A stretch of DNA of 63,757 nucleotides, the filler included, from Reticulomyxa filosa (Eukaryota; Protista; Foraminifera): the NCBI GenBank assembly GCA_000512085.1. It is 25 parts of 25 records of this genome, joined end to end, with 100 filler letters (N's around TTAATTAATTAA, not from the genome) between each part and the next. Parts side by side here need not be neighbours in the genome. Positions count along the whole stretch, not along the records: positions 39,739 to 41,256 come from ASPP01029028.1; positions 41,357 to 42,732 come from ASPP01005650.1; positions 42,833 to 44,238 come from ASPP01028687.1; positions 44,339 to 47,639 come from ASPP01021718.1; positions 47,740 to 48,739 come from ASPP01042002.1; positions 48,840 to 50,239 come from ASPP01032498.1; positions 50,340 to 53,292 come from ASPP01050766.1; 18 more parts are not named here. The stretch is one strand, 5' to 3'. Made by a program: the position numbers and the translations under genes. Numbering within the stretch: position 1 is the first letter of the stretch; each line of letters starts with the position of its first letter. This document shows, in pieces, positions 39,639-52,812 of the stretch. The notes beneath the pieces are model-generated. The model ran no database searches and was not told the DNA's origin. It saw only the letters and a program-made list of their open reading frames with translations.

Positions 39639-41356
39639 NNNNNNNNNNNNNNNNNNNNNNNNNNNNNNNNNNNNNNNNNNNNTTAATTAATTAANNNNNN
39701 NNNNNNNNNNNNNNNNNNNNNNNNNNNNNNNNNNNNNNCAAGGCTTGGTCTATCCAATAGCACTTATGCTACCATTCCACATCGCACTCCAAATCAATGC
39801 TCGACATATATTGCCATTCAAGTTATTTTTTTATTTTTTATTTTTGTTGTAATAATAACATACAAATATGGTTTTGGTTGTCACGTGTATAGATTAAAAA
39901 AATATGGAGCAGCGATTGCAAATGATTGGATGAAAACAGAATACGGAGTAGAACCACCCCGTCTCCAAAAGGAGAAATACAGGTTTGTTTTATTTATATA
40001 TATATTTTTTAATATGTTTAAGTGTTGTGTTGTGTGTTTTGTGACATAGGTTCCTCTGTCTGCAAATATCGTTACAAATATATTCCCTCCCTTCACACAA
40101 AAGAAAAAAACAAGAATAAGGGGTCGCAATCTACCCCCGTATCCTCAATGAGGAATAATGGTTTGTGCTATTCATATTCATTTATATATACATAGATATT
40201 CTTTTGCTATATAATGTTGTGTTTGTGATTCAATAGATTCCCCCTTGCAAAGAAAAACATATATGTATATATATTTGTTTGTCCACATAACTAAAAAAAA
40301 AGATTGTGAGTATCTTATAGGGAAAAAGGCAATGGATATGGTGCACAAATAATAGTTATAAATATATTTTGTTTAGTCTTTCTTTAAAAAATTATAAAAT
40401 ATAACTTTGTTTGTTCGTATAGGTCCGGCGCGTGGTGTATGTAGTATCTTGAAAAGTTGGAAGATAGGGGAAAATTAAGGGAGGGGAAAAAATGAGAATA
40501 ATGGGGGGGAAAAAAAAAGAAAATGTAGTAATAAAAAGAAAAAAAAGATGGACTAAAAAAAAATGTAGTAATAAAAAAAAATGAAGAATAATAAAAAAAG
40601 AATAAATAAAAAAAAGAATAATAAAAAGAAAAAAGAAAAAGGAAAAAGGAAAAAGAAAAAGTAGTAAGAAAGGAAAGAAAAATTAAATTTGAAATTGTAA
40701 TTTTTTTATTTGTATTGATAAATTGGTGATGCCGCGCTGGATGGCAAAATTTGTTAAGTAAATTTTTTTTGTTTGTTTAAAAAAATTGTGAGAACATACG
40801 TATAATATTATATGACAGGACATTACCCATGCGCAAAGTGAAGAAGCTAATCGACCATCAATTCAAGATTCATTTTTTATTTATGTCGGTCAATGTAGTG
40901 GAAGAGGCAGAACAACAAGAAGAAGAGTAAATTAAGGGAATGGAAAAAGAAAAAAACCAATAGTATTAGTGGATTATCTTAAAAAGATATGACACTGGCA
41001 ACGAATATTGCAAGAATAATGAATACATCAACAAAAGCGAGGAGAAAATGTAAATGAAAGAGAATCGACACAATAATCCCTTAAAAGTGTTGGTATTCGT
41101 TTTATCAAAACTATGAATGGTTATGAGCAATGTCTATAAAACGAAATAAGTGATAATGAATTGTCTTGTGCTTGCAATCACACAGCAACACTTGGATTAG
41201 CACGCAATACTTCCATTCAACGTACTCAAATTCATCAATGCGCATAATTTGGTCAANNNNNNNNNNNNNNNNNNNNNNNNNNNNNNNNNNNNNNNNNNNN
41301 TTAATTAATTAANNNNNNNNNNNNNNNNNNNNNNNNNNNNNNNNNNNNNNNNNNNN

Positions 41357-42285
41357 CCTTGGTGGTTTGTGATTGGCTTGGACTTTGCGAATGTGATTGA
41401 AGAGCGAACGAAGTCGGTGGATGTGTACATAGCATCTCGCGCGTTGCCGGATACCAGCCCGACGGTGGGGAAGCAAAAGGAGATTGCGAAAGACAAGAAG
41501 CGCGCGCAAAAGTCCGGAGGAGGAGGAGGAGGAGGAGCAGAGGGGGGATAATGAGAAAGAAGGTGCAGCGACGACGACACAACCAGACGAAATCGAAGAT
41601 ATCGACGGCATTCGGATAACGCGTTCCCCAATGCCAGTGGTGGGTCAAAATGAAACAGCAGGAGGGACGTTATCAGCAGGCGCCAATGAGGGCCTTCCCA
41701 CCCCAAATGCGGACATAGTGACCCCCGACGGTGTCAATTCCGTCGGTGCTGAGCCACCCAAGTTTATGAGTTCGAATGTGAACATAAGCAGCAATAATAC
41801 CACCACCACCACCATCACTCCAGGAGGAGGAGGAGGAGGAGGAGGAGGAAGAGAAGAAAGGGGAGAACAAGGAAGTGTTCTTGATCGCTTCACTAGTGTG
41901 TCGGTTGATTATGCCAATGTCGAACTTGAAGTAAAAGGAGGAGGAGGAGTAGGAGTAGGAGTAGGAGTAGGAGGAAGCACAAGTGGTGCGCAAGGCACAT
42001 CTGTAGAGGGGAGGGCACTACCCTCGATGAAAAAAACTGACCCATATTTGTCTTCAACCGGAATCGCGATGACAACCCCCGGCGGGCCTGGCATGGATGA
42101 CAACGAGGTGATTCGAAGAGATACCACCATGTCGCAAACTAATCAAGTCGCCACCGACTTCCATATTGCCATTCGCAAGTTCGTTCTCTTCAATTCCATC
42201 TTCACTGCCATTGCCATCACTGCTTTGATCTTGGCTTCTTTCAGAGGCTTTTATACAGTTTTTATATACATATATATATATGTAC

Positions 42286-42318
<33 letters not shown>

Positions 42319-42632
42319 GGAAAAAAAATAAATAAATACACATATAATAATAAATCAATACCAAATGTCAAAGATAAGAGGATACTTGATTAATATCTTT
42401 GTGATATTGCTTTTGCTGTTTGGTTTGTTGGTTGGCATTCGTGCGCAAATTTGGTCTTATACCAAACGCTTGGCGTATTTGCAAGTGTATTGGGTCATTT
42501 GCTTCGTGTTGCTCTTCGGCTTTTTCATTGCCGCCATTGTCGCAGTCGTGCGATTTGTGCACATGTATCATCACATTTGCAGCGACGTGAAGGGTTGTCA
42601 ATCCTCTACCGTCGCCTTGGCCACCATCGGAG
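41357..42632 (+). CDS. Membrane protein fragment: long disordered Gly-rich region followed by 3 or more TM helices (tetraspanin-like topology)
   Basis: Open exons 41484-~42250 and ~42380-42632. Hydrophobic segments and a Cys-containing loop (HHICSDVKGC). Confidence 0.55.
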
Positions 42633-42694
42633 GTAATTTCCAAGTTTTTTTTTTTTTTTTTTAAGCTCATTGAGTCTGTATTGTTATAATACAC

Positions 42695-42731
<37 letters not shown>

Positions 42732-42832
42732 TNNNNNNNNNNNNNNNNNNNNNNNNNNNNNNNNNNNNNNNNNNNNTTAATTAATTAANNNNNNNNNNNN
42801 NNNNNNNNNNNNNNNNNNNNNNNNNNNNNNNN

Positions 42833-44238
42833 AATCAAAGTTGGCCGAAAATACCAAGTTTTCCAACTGTTTTGTTTTGTGTTGGTATTTTTTTATTTAT
42901 TTTTTTGGTCATTGTCGCAATATTGCATTAAGCAAGTAAGCAATAAGCAACACAAAAACAATATAATAATGACAACGGAATCACAATAATCATTGACTTT
43001 TTGTGTTGCTTAAACTTTCAAATCTCGATGAACAATTCCATATTGTGCAAATATTGTACTCCTATCACAGCCAACAAAAAAGCATTAATAGTTACAATTG
43101 GAAACGAAGCATACAGTAGGATAGAAGGGAAAAAAAATAAAAAAGATACTTGAGCAAATGTATACATATTGTATATGTATACGTATACATATAATTGTCT
43201 GAAGAAATATATGCACACGTCTTCATCAAAAGCGCCCGCAGATTGGATGATTGAAAACATTTCTTCGCCAATGGCCAACTCTTGGATCATCAACGTGACA
43301 TGGCGACGTTCCACACCGCTGTGTTTAGCTTGCGTGTGCTTGCAAAACTTGCACACTTCTTGTTGGCAATGTTCGTTCATATTGCTGTTCGTCGATTGCA
43401 TGTGGCTATGATATCGTTGTTGTTGTTGATATTGCAATTGTTGCTGTTGTATTTGTAGTTGTTGTTCATTGCTGCTGTAGTAGTCCAACGGATAATTGGC
43501 CTTGTGGCATAGTCATTGCCGAGATCCTTATCCTTGTCTTTGTCCTTACCATTGCCATGGCCGTGGTCACGATCCAAGCGGAAGTAGTCATCCCTCAGTC
43601 GTTCCATGTGCAGTATAGACGCTGTGGTCGCTGGAATGAGCAATGTTTTTGAGCGAGTCGTTGTGTCCACACAAATACAAGCAGGAGTTAGCATGCAAAT
43701 GCGACTGTGACTGTGACTGTGAATAGTGTGAAGGAGCAAAATGCAACAAGCAAATTGACGACGAAGCATAAGCAGAAACAGAAACAAAAGACGAAGAAAA
43801 AGAAGAAGCATGTGGGTGTTGATGCGTATTGGCAGCACATGAGTGTTGTAAACGATGTTCGTCGACAAAATCATGTGCCCCTTCGTTGAGGTTATACTGA
43901 GTTCCATGTCCATGATCGCACGTCCGATGGATTTCGTCTTCATTGTCTTCTTACTGTTCGTCGTCATCGTCATGGTCATCTTCTTCTCCTCTGCTCGACG
44001 ACTTGGACATGGTATCACTGGTCATTATTATTGTTGTTATTGTTTTTGTTAAGTCTGGGGGACCAGGTTGATTATATTCTCATGACGCACCGACTGCAGG
44101 ATTCGGATTTCATTGTCGATGAGGTGCTTCAGTTTCTCCGACCAACTGCTTATGTCCACAATCTTTATCGCGTAACGTCTTCTCCTTGCCGCTTTCGTTG
44201 GCATCTTTTTCACCTCTACACTTTCACACACATCTCCA
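42833..44238 (-). CDS. Ser/Thr protein kinase (CAMK/AMPK-like) fragment with large insertion; possibly a pseudogene
   Basis: YAIKIV..NEIRILQSVRHENIINL; MIQELAIGEEMFSII..FDEDVCIYFFRQL; GVQYLH / GIVHRDLK|LENL, with a 1-nt frameshift before GIVHRD. Confidence 0.85.
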
Positions 44239-47200
44239 NNNNNNNNNNNNNNNNNNNNNNNNNNNNNNNNNNNNNNNNNNNNTTAATTAATTAANNNNNN
44301 NNNNNNNNNNNNNNNNNNNNNNNNNNNNNNNNNNNNNNTTGAACCTATTTTTTGAAAATGACCCAGTTTTGTTATGTAATAAAAAATTATCTTTTTTTAT
44401 TAAGTAGAAAGAGCTGTGCTACTGTTAATGCTTTCTTATGTGATAATTGCATGTATGTCATACACATTTTTCATTGGACATCACAATGATAACACTGGAT
44501 ACTGTGTCTTTATATTCAGAATATCAAAGTAATCGAAAGAATAAAATCTCAATTCTGAGTTAGTATTTCTTTATAGAAATATGAACACTTACCAATCACA
44601 AGTATGCCACGTAATATAGAAGTAAGTTTGCTTTTGACATCACTGCAGCAAAGATATTTGCTTTCTTGTTTCTGAAAGCATTGTTAATCAGAAAAATATA
44701 TTTCTCATTTGAAGGAACAACAATGGATCACAAATAAACAAAATTTAAAAAAGTGAATAGTAAGAGAATTTGCAGAAAGAGATTCAATTTCTTACTTTAA
44801 ATGCGTACGTGAACCAACAATTATTTGCAATAGGTCTTAATCTGTTTGAATAATCATATTGGATTGTTTTGTTCAAAACATTTAGAATCCAATTAACTGT
44901 ACATTTGATGATACAATTCCAACAGTGTCCATTCATTAATTGTTATTTTTACTTTTTTATTAACAAACGGTAATCGCAGCACTGTCTAGTGTTGAGAAAA
45001 GTCAGTCAATTCTGTTAGTTAGATGAATTTTTTCGCAATTTTCAAATTTTGTGCTTGGTCTTTGATTGTGATGTTGTTTATGTATGAAAAAAAAAGGAAG
45101 TGACTTGGGAAATGAAAAACGTATAATTTGTCATTAGAGGTGGATTTTATAGTGTATACATTTTAATTGACACTGACTACTTTGCGGATTATTGCTGATG
45201 TAAAGTGGGTCTTTTTTTGTGAACAACAGCATTTGCTATTAAATAAGACGTAGTTTTTTGCTTAGTGTACTGCTTGGTATACAGCAATGCTGCTACGCGT
45301 GTTTATCAGGAAGCCAGCCACCTTTGATATCTGGAATTGTGAGTTAACAAGCTTTTTTTTCTGTTTGTTACGGGTCCTTCACACCCCTTTTTAAAAAAGC
45401 ACTGACATTGCGTTTTCCAAAAAAAAAAATTGCTGGATCTGTTACTGTGTCCACAACTTTGTGAAAAATGTGGGAAAATGAATAATCTTTTGTAATTGAA
45501 ATTGTAGGTCATTTTTTAGTTTTTTTGAATATGTTTTTAAAAAATGATCCAGTTTTTTATTCATTCAAACAGAAAATTAATTTTTTAATTTGGCAATTAT
45601 TACTTAAGTCAGTTATTATGTTTTTGATCTATTTTATTGAATGAAAATTATATAAAATTATCAATCAAAACAATGTGTGGCAAGGGGGAGCTTGGTTCCA
45701 GTTTTTTTATTTGTGATTATGTAATGTTTGTCGTTGTCGACAAAACAACAAGCTTCTGGTCCCTGTCAACACTTAGTAAGGGATATTTATTATGTTTCTC
45801 ATTGCTACAAGTAAAAGTTTTTGTTTTTGTCTTTGTTCTTAACTTTTTTCAATTAAACTTACGAAAAAACATTAACAACTTGAATATGATACATTTATGA
45901 TTAACAAACATTTCGCAGCCAAATATTATATTTTTGTTTAGGTGATCTTCTGCGTCTTGTGAATTTTATTGGATGTAAATAATCTTCAATTACTTTTGCT
46001 TTGCATTTAATATATTACATCATCTCTCAATAGTATCGAACACAATTATTATTTAAAATTTCTTCGACACAAATCTGTTTTCACTATTTTTTTGAACCTA
46101 TTTTAAAAAAATTCTAAGTCAAATAACTAGAGAACGATCTGAGAACTTGTTTATTGTTATTACAAATGCTTTCAGTGAGTGAGAAAACTTGTATATTGGC
46201 CCCATAAAGAGTGCTATTATTTATGATGATATTCTCGATACTGACATTCAACAATTGGATAACATATCTTTGCACTCAGAATGTATCTATTGGAGTTAAC
46301 ATTAACTTTTGTCTTTGTTGGAAAGCTGTCAAGCAACAATTTTTTTCCAACAAATGCTTTTTTCCTCTCTTTTATTCGGTCAGCTATGTACTAGAAAACT
46401 AATGATAAAAAATGCTGTTTGTGTTGTATGCTTACAAACCACAAAGTTAGTAAGATAATTGATGAAAGTGCGTCTTGTTCTGGTCAGTTTTTATTTTTTT
46501 CTTTTTTTTTAGAATAAAATTGAAAGTTCCAAAAAAATTCATTTAAAAAAGAAGAAGAAAGTATTTTTCTTTTTTACTCATCTTTTAATGTTCGATTGTA
46601 TAGTCGCTGTGTAATTGCGCATCGTTTACGCAATTAGCAAAAAAAAGCGAATGAGTTGAAAGGTCTGTCGAATGTTGAGTCTAAAACAAAACAAAAAAAA
46701 ATAAAACAAGTAAAAAGATAATAATGGAACCCGCAAATTATGCCGGCCATATTCAGCTGCTGGCCGTTGGAGGCAGGCCGAAAACGCCAAATAATGTTGT
46801 TAATATTAGCAATAGTAGCTTTTGGTGCAGCATGATGGGAATGAAACTCCAAGTTTTAATTTTGAAAACACAAGCCAACAGACAGTTACTTCGGAAAACA
46901 ACGTTTGAGTGAATGCAACCATTCATCAATTTTTCTATGCAAAAAAAAGGCTGTCTTCATGACATTTGAAAATTTGCACAAGCACGTGGTGGTCAGAACT
47001 GCAACATTACTTGTTTGCCTTTCATTATTTCTGCAATTCTTGTAAATCCAAACGTAGTGTAATCACTGCTTGCAATAAGTGGCCGCTTGTAGTACTAGTT
47101 GAATCTTCGTCATGTTGCTAATTGCAATACTGCGTAAAGAAAAATATTCGCCGTTCATTTGTAAGACAAGATATATTATTTGTAATGTGCGAGAACGTTT

Positions 47201-47739
47201 TCAAAAACAAAGTCGCGCCAAATAAAAAAAATTTCAAAAATTGTTATTCATGTGCTCATTTTCGCACATATTGTTCTTAATATATTATGAATTTTCGTAT
47301 GATTTATTCTTTCTTTTGGAAGAAAATGTAAATATTAATACGAAATTAAAAAAATTATACGTACATTTGCTGCATAAACAAAATGAGACACGTCATCTCA
47401 ATTTGCATATATATTACGACGAAATTCTTTAAAAATATATACGTTTGTATTTTACATAAAGTGTTTTCAATTACCACAAACATTATTGTACTAAATTATC
47501 TTTTTTAATCACAAATGATAATAAACTCACAAACAAAATATTGCTCTTCGTGTAAATCTAAATATGTTGTTTTACATTATTTATATTAATATATTTAAAT
47601 AAGTATATATCCAGAAAAAAGCACATTCATAGCACATTTNNNNNNNNNNNNNNNNNNNNNNNNNNNNNNNNNNNNNNNNNNNNTTAATTAATTAANNNNN
47701 NNNNNNNNNNNNNNNNNNNNNNNNNNNNNNNNNNNNNNN

Positions 47740-47990
47740 ACAATTCATCCTTATTTGATCGAATATCCCAAAAATGAATTGTATTATCATTCGATCCAGA
47801 ACACATCACATTTGAATTACCATCATTATTTTTTATTACAAATGGAGCATATTCAACAGTATTCACAGAATTTGAATATCCATTGAACACTTGAATTTGT
47901 TGACCAGATCAAATATCACACAAGCGAAAACTGCAATGATCTGATCCAGCAACAATAGCTATACCCTGTATAGTCAAAGTTCATGAATTT
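47740..47990 (-). pseudogene. WD40-repeat fragment
   Basis: QVFNGYSNSVNTVEYAPFVIKNNDGNSNVMCSGSNDNTIHFWDIRSNK. The preceding repeat is frameshifted. Confidence 0.85.
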
Positions 47991-48373
47991 AATCAATACT
48001 TTTAGAGAATTGAAACTAGCACTGACAGTCGAAATTGCTAATTATTATTTATAATTGTTGTATGCATGATGAAGTACTTCATAAATTTATGAAGAAACAA
48101 GCTGTTGGATCGTGTGTTTGTACTTTTGATCAATTTTTGAAAGATTCTTTTTGCAACTAAAACAATTTTTCTTGACTGATAATTACTCTTATTCTTCACA
48201 ATGAGAAAAATATAATCTTTGAATTACAGTTATTTTCTTTTCACTATTTAATATTTCAAAAGCTAGCTATCTAGTACGTAACTGACAATGCTTAGGAGAA
48301 ATTCGGCTATTTAAAAGGAATAGTCACTGAATATTGGAAGGTTGACGTGTTCTTAAGGCCTTAAAAAAAAAAT

Positions 48374-48739
48374 TCATTTCGAGTTAGTTTGGAAATTGGT
48401 TATGTGATAAATGCTGCCAAGAACATCAGCACACTCTTTTTGGGGGTCTATTTCTCGGACACCATCGATGAGATAGCGGAGTTGTGACCGGATTCCAATA
48501 GAGATGTGGACTTCGAAGTACTTGGTTTTATAAGTTGCATTTTGGAAGACACGATTGTATTCGTCGATATTTCCATCCTTCAAGAACTGTTCAAGATCAG
48601 ATGCACGAGCACCCAAGATTTGATCAGCAACAGAATTCAAGCAATAGAACCACTCGGATCCCGAGTCATCCGTCAAACGTAACGACAGTAAGTATCTGAC
48701 GTTATAAGTGGAATACGTCTTCAACTGGAACGGACAAAG
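48374..48739 (-). CDS. Replication protein A large-subunit-like C-terminal OB domain (DBD-C), 5'-partial
   Basis: RYLLSLRLTDDSGSEWFYCLNSVADQILGARASDL..YNRVFQNATYK..F matches the RPA1 pattern RyiL...i.D.tg..W...F.e.AE.ilG..A.eL. Confidence 0.8.
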   Translation of the reverse strand, partial: LCPFQLKTYSTYNVRYLLSLRLTDDSGSEWFYCLNSVADQILGARASDLEQFLKDGNIDEYNRVFQNATYKTKYFEVHISIGIRSQLRYLIDGVREIDPQKECADVLGSIYHITNFQTNSK

Positions 48740-48839
48740 NNNNNNNNNNNNNNNNNNNNNNNNNNNNNNNNNNNNNNNNNNNNTTAATTAATTAANNNNN
48801 NNNNNNNNNNNNNNNNNNNNNNNNNNNNNNNNNNNNNNN

Positions 48840-48962
48840 CAGCGCCACGGCGCGAGCAAGCCAGGCCGGCAGAGCCACACCTGGATGCGCACGCCCGACG
48901 GCTGGCGCATCGTCGCCGCGCACGTCTCCCTGCTGGGCGAAGCGACGCCTATGAAGAGCTGA
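48840..48962 (+). CDS. hpxZ: Bacterial AtzH-like/HpxZ (DUF3225) protein, 3' end
   Basis: [24 protein letters not shown] is the diagnostic C-terminus of this family. High-GC codon usage. Confidence 0.88.
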   Translation, partial: QRHGASKPGRQSHTWMRTPDGWRIVAAHVSLLGEATPMKS

Positions 48963-49016
48963 TCGCGACAGTCGCAAGCTTGCCTTCGCAGGGCGCTTCC
49001 CTGCTACTATCGCAGC

Positions 49017-50150
49017 GTGCTTCGGACGTTATCCCTTTTCGCGCTTCGATTGAGCCTGATCGCGGCTGGTTTCGCCGTGGGCGGAGTAGATGCGGCGCTG
49101 GCTCAGACGCCGATGCCGGAGGCGGGCAGTCAGCTGGGAGATCAGTGGAGAAAATACAATACCCGTGGGCGTGGGCCTGGACACCCGGCTGATCGTCTTG
49201 TCGAAAATCAGAAGGCGCTCGAAATCGCAAGACGGGGCATCAAGGAAGACCCGACGAGCGTTGCCTGGCTCAATGCGCTGTGGGTTTCCTGCCTGGCAGT
49301 GGGCGAATTGCAGGAAATGGTGGGCGAGTGGCCGGAAGCCCTTGTGTCGTTGAACGAGGGTAAGGCCGTGGTGGAACGCCTGGTCGAGATCGAGCCGGCG
49401 AACATGCGTTGGCAGGAAGCGATGGCGATGTTCTGGTCGGCAATCAGCAGAGTCAGCCCCCAGGACGACAAAGACGAGGCGGCCTTGTCGGCCCTGCAAT
49501 CCGCGCTGTCGATTCGCCGACGCTTGGCCGGAGCGGCGCCGTCCGACGCTCGCGCTCGCACCGATTTCATGTATTCGCTCAACAATCTCGGCTCTGAGCA
49601 ACTCAAGCGACGCCGTTTCGCTGACGCAGAAGCATCCTATCGAGAAGCCTTGGCAATCGCGGAAGAAACGGAACCCACGACATCCGGCAAACCTAGTCGG
49701 ACGATTAATCGCGCAATAGTCTACGGAAATCTCGGGGCCGCATTGTTGGCGCAGGGTCAAGCGCTAGCCGCGTTGACATACGTTCAGAAGGGGTTTGAGA
49801 TTAACGAGCGATTGGTGCGCGAATCTCCGGGCGATATTGGCCGGGTTCACGATCTTGGCGCGTCGCAGGATCTGATGGGACACGCATTTCAGCGCCAGGG
49901 CGATCTGGAGCAGGCCGAGCAGTTCTTTCGTATGGCACTTGCTACTCACCGTCGCGCGCTGGCTTTGCAGCCTGAGAATCCCTTCTGGCTTATCCCTGTT
50001 GCAAACGGCTTGGGTGCGTTGGGGGAACTATTGGTGCGGCAGGGTCGCATCGATGAAGCTCGCGAATGCTTCCGACAAGGGCGAGATCTCGTGCAGCGGC
50101 TTGGTGCCCCGCCCGATTGGTTCGACGAGCAACTATCAAAGCTGAAATAG
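49017..50150 (+). CDS. Bacterial tetratricopeptide-repeat protein with N-terminal signal peptide
   Basis: 377-aa intronless ORF. Signal-like LSLIAAGFAVGGVDAALA-Q, then repeats such as SLNNLG..AEASYREALAI, YGNLG and AEQFFRMALA. Confidence 0.88.
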   Translation: MLRTLSLFALRLSLIAAGFAVGGVDAALAQTPMPEAGSQLGDQWRKYNTRGRGPGHPADRLVENQKALEIARRGIKEDPTSVAWLNALWVSCLAVGELQEMVGEWPEALVSLNEGKAVVERLVEIEPANMRWQEAMAMFWSAISRVSPQDDKDEAALSALQSALSIRRRLAGAAPSDARARTDFMYSLNNLGSEQLKRRRFADAEASYREALAIAEETEPTTSGKPSRTINRAIVYGNLGAALLAQGQALAALTYVQKGFEINERLVRESPGDIGRVHDLGASQDLMGHAFQRQGDLEQAEQFFRMALATHRRALALQPENPFWLIPVANGLGALGELLVRQGRIDEARECFRQGRDLVQRLGAPPDWFDEQLSKLK

Positions 50151-50160
50151 GGGAGAACCC

Positions 50161-50239
50161 ATGGCTCGTCTCCTTCTCACCCACGCCCCGCTCGCACGAC
50201 AGCAGTACTACGGGACCCGCGCCCTCACACGGCTACAGG
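50161..50239 (+). CDS. 5' end of a bacterial gene, probably D-2-hydroxyacid dehydrogenase-like
   Basis: Shine-Dalgarno GGGGAG, then ATG: MARLLLTHAPLARQQYYGTRALTRLQ. This resembles the LLTHxPxARxxYYG N-termini I recall for alphaproteobacterial enzymes of this type. Confidence 0.55.
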
Positions 50240-52812
50240 NNNNNNNNNNNNNNNNNNNNNNNNNNNNNNNNNNNNNNNNNNNNTTAATTAATTAANNNNN
50301 NNNNNNNNNNNNNNNNNNNNNNNNNNNNNNNNNNNNNNNCAAGTAAAATTGGTAGGAAATGATTGGCTTCATTGACTCGAATGTATTTGAAAGAAGATTG
50401 AAGTTAAAAGAACATTGCTTATTTTTGTGTTTCTTTCTAAACAATTTGAATTAATGTATTGTTTTTACAAGGACTAGAATACGCTAAGTCCACAGTCAGT
50501 GCGAATGATGGAGCCTCAAATGAAGAAAAAGAAAAATGCACGCATAAAAATGTTGAAGCGAGTATTGCCTTTCCTGATGAGTAAATCCAACATCGAATGA
50601 ACTCAATCAAAAATGCAGAAGAAATAATTTCTGCGAAAATAGATTATGGAGAATGAATCAACAAGCAAAAAGAGAAATCAAACCACTCGTTGGATATCAA
50701 AAGACTTTGAAAATATGAATATTGAATCATTGACTCTAATAAATGTCAAAACAGAAACGAGTTCCAATCTTTTTTGAAGAAATATTGTCAATGAAACAGA
50801 AATATTTGGCAATCTCCGCATTATAACAAAAGGTCATGGGCAAGCAACACTATTTTGACAATTGCATAAACTTTGTGAGATTTAATACGATCAAAGAATC
50901 CACAAATCATTACAAGAAAGATTGTATTTCCTGTATCAAGTGAAAAAAGCAATGTTCAATTATTTATATCAACTGTAAATTATTGAACAATGCTGCACAT
51001 CAATTACTGGTTAATGCTAGTATTCGTTTTTTTAAAAGTGTTGAGATTTGATGTTAAGTAATGTGTGTCATATATACTCTTTATTTCTTTTTTTCTATAT
51101 GCTATGCCGACACCACATTGACTAATACAAAAAAAAATAGCCGAATAAATGCATAAATCTTATTTCTTTTCCAGCACAAGATTATTGCTGACATACGTAG
51201 AGCAATATGCAAATATGGGCACAGGTGATGATGCAAAACATGTTCATTGCTATGACCCTATAGGCACATATTTCATCTTCAAGTCGACTCTGAAACGGAA
51301 TAACCAAATGACAAATAAAGAGCGTGAAAAGTTGTTAAACTTTAGGATATGAGTATTAAATTACATGAAATGATGACGAGAACATATCTCCAAAAGGATG
51401 ATCCGATATTTTAGTGTGGCAGAATATTGGCTCCACTTGTTTCAATTGCAAGAATATGAAGATTAATGAAGTAATTGATTTACTGATCAAAATAATTTCT
51501 TATGGAGGGCTCCCTAATGAAGTAATAGACTGTGTGGCGCTGAAAGAGCCGAAACAATTTACAAATCAAAGAACAATAACACAATAGAACGACAACATAT
51601 ATCAGATTGTGTATTGATTTAAAGATTTTGCATTTTCGTTTTTCAATAAAAAAAAATTGAGATAAAGACAGCAATTCATGATACAAAGCAATGGAAAAAA
51701 AGAACATCAAAAGCAAAAGGATAGATACGCTTATAAAAAAGATGAATTGACGAAAATTAATATATTCCAAACATTCAACATGCACGATAATCGCAAAAGA
51801 AAAGATGGAAAACAGCAACAGAATACAAGTTTCCTAATCGAAAAGAGACTTAAATGGGTCATCACAGCAAATTTGACAAAAAAGACACGATTACTATTGT
51901 TTAACATTTCGAATATTTTTTTATTTGAAATATGTATTGGATTAAAACAAGAAGAGGCAAGTCAGATGCGATTAACAAGAGTACAACATTCAAACAAGTA
52001 TACGGCTCAAAAATTTCTCGAGAAAAAATGCAGACATTGCTTTGTCTCTTTTATTATTATCATCTTCCCTTTGTCTATGTACAATAATATAAAGTAATAT
52101 TACTGATCCTTAGTTGTTTGATCAATGGTTTTGACTCCTAGTTTTTTTCTTCTTCCTATTCAATTGTAGGAGCTCGAACATGACAGTTGTAATGTATAAA
52201 TTGTATATGCAAATTGTTGTTGTGCGATTTTTCACAAGTTGTTTGTCAACACTCAAATCTTTCGAAAATACACAAAAATCGCTTTTCAATATGCTGCTAT
52301 CTTTACTTTCAGTGATTAGACTGTTTTGATTAGTTAATTCGGTCTAATATGGCTCAATACTGAGATTGTATAGATTATTCTATTGTAGTTTTTCATTCCT
52401 TAATTTTAATTGATATGTGGTAATTTTAACTTTTCAGATGTATAATTGAATTATATTCAAAAACATTGATTTATCAAAATTAAACAAATAAAAATTATAT
52501 CTTTTATTAAATGACGTAAATACGTTCATTCTCTTTCGAGATAAAAATAGTTTGGAACAAATTGACTAGTATTTATTTTATTCCTTTTTCTTTGTATATA
52601 GTTTAGTTTCGGTGCGCGAGATTAACGGGGAAAAAAATGACATTGTTGATTCTTGTTTACTTTGATGCGATTATATATTGGTAAAGAAATTGTGTAAAAT
52701 ATGGAACTATCTTTTTATGGTTTGTGTACTTGCAATTGCAAATTTCAAAGCGGGTTTTGAACAAAATGACACCAAAAAAGTTGATGTTTCAATAAACAAA
52801 AAATGTACAATA

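Noticed and set aside
43940-43960. Stop-codon reassignment (in-frame TAA in DDEQ*EDNE and many other internal stops)
   Set aside because: Conserved genes end normally at TAA/TGA and have no internal stops. The interrupted genes also carry frameshifts, which fits decay or sequencing error.
36023-48739. Apparent clustering of two OB-fold ssDNA-binding genes, or of cytoskeletal genes, as a system
   Set aside because: They lie on separate contigs joined artificially, so there is no evidence of linkage.
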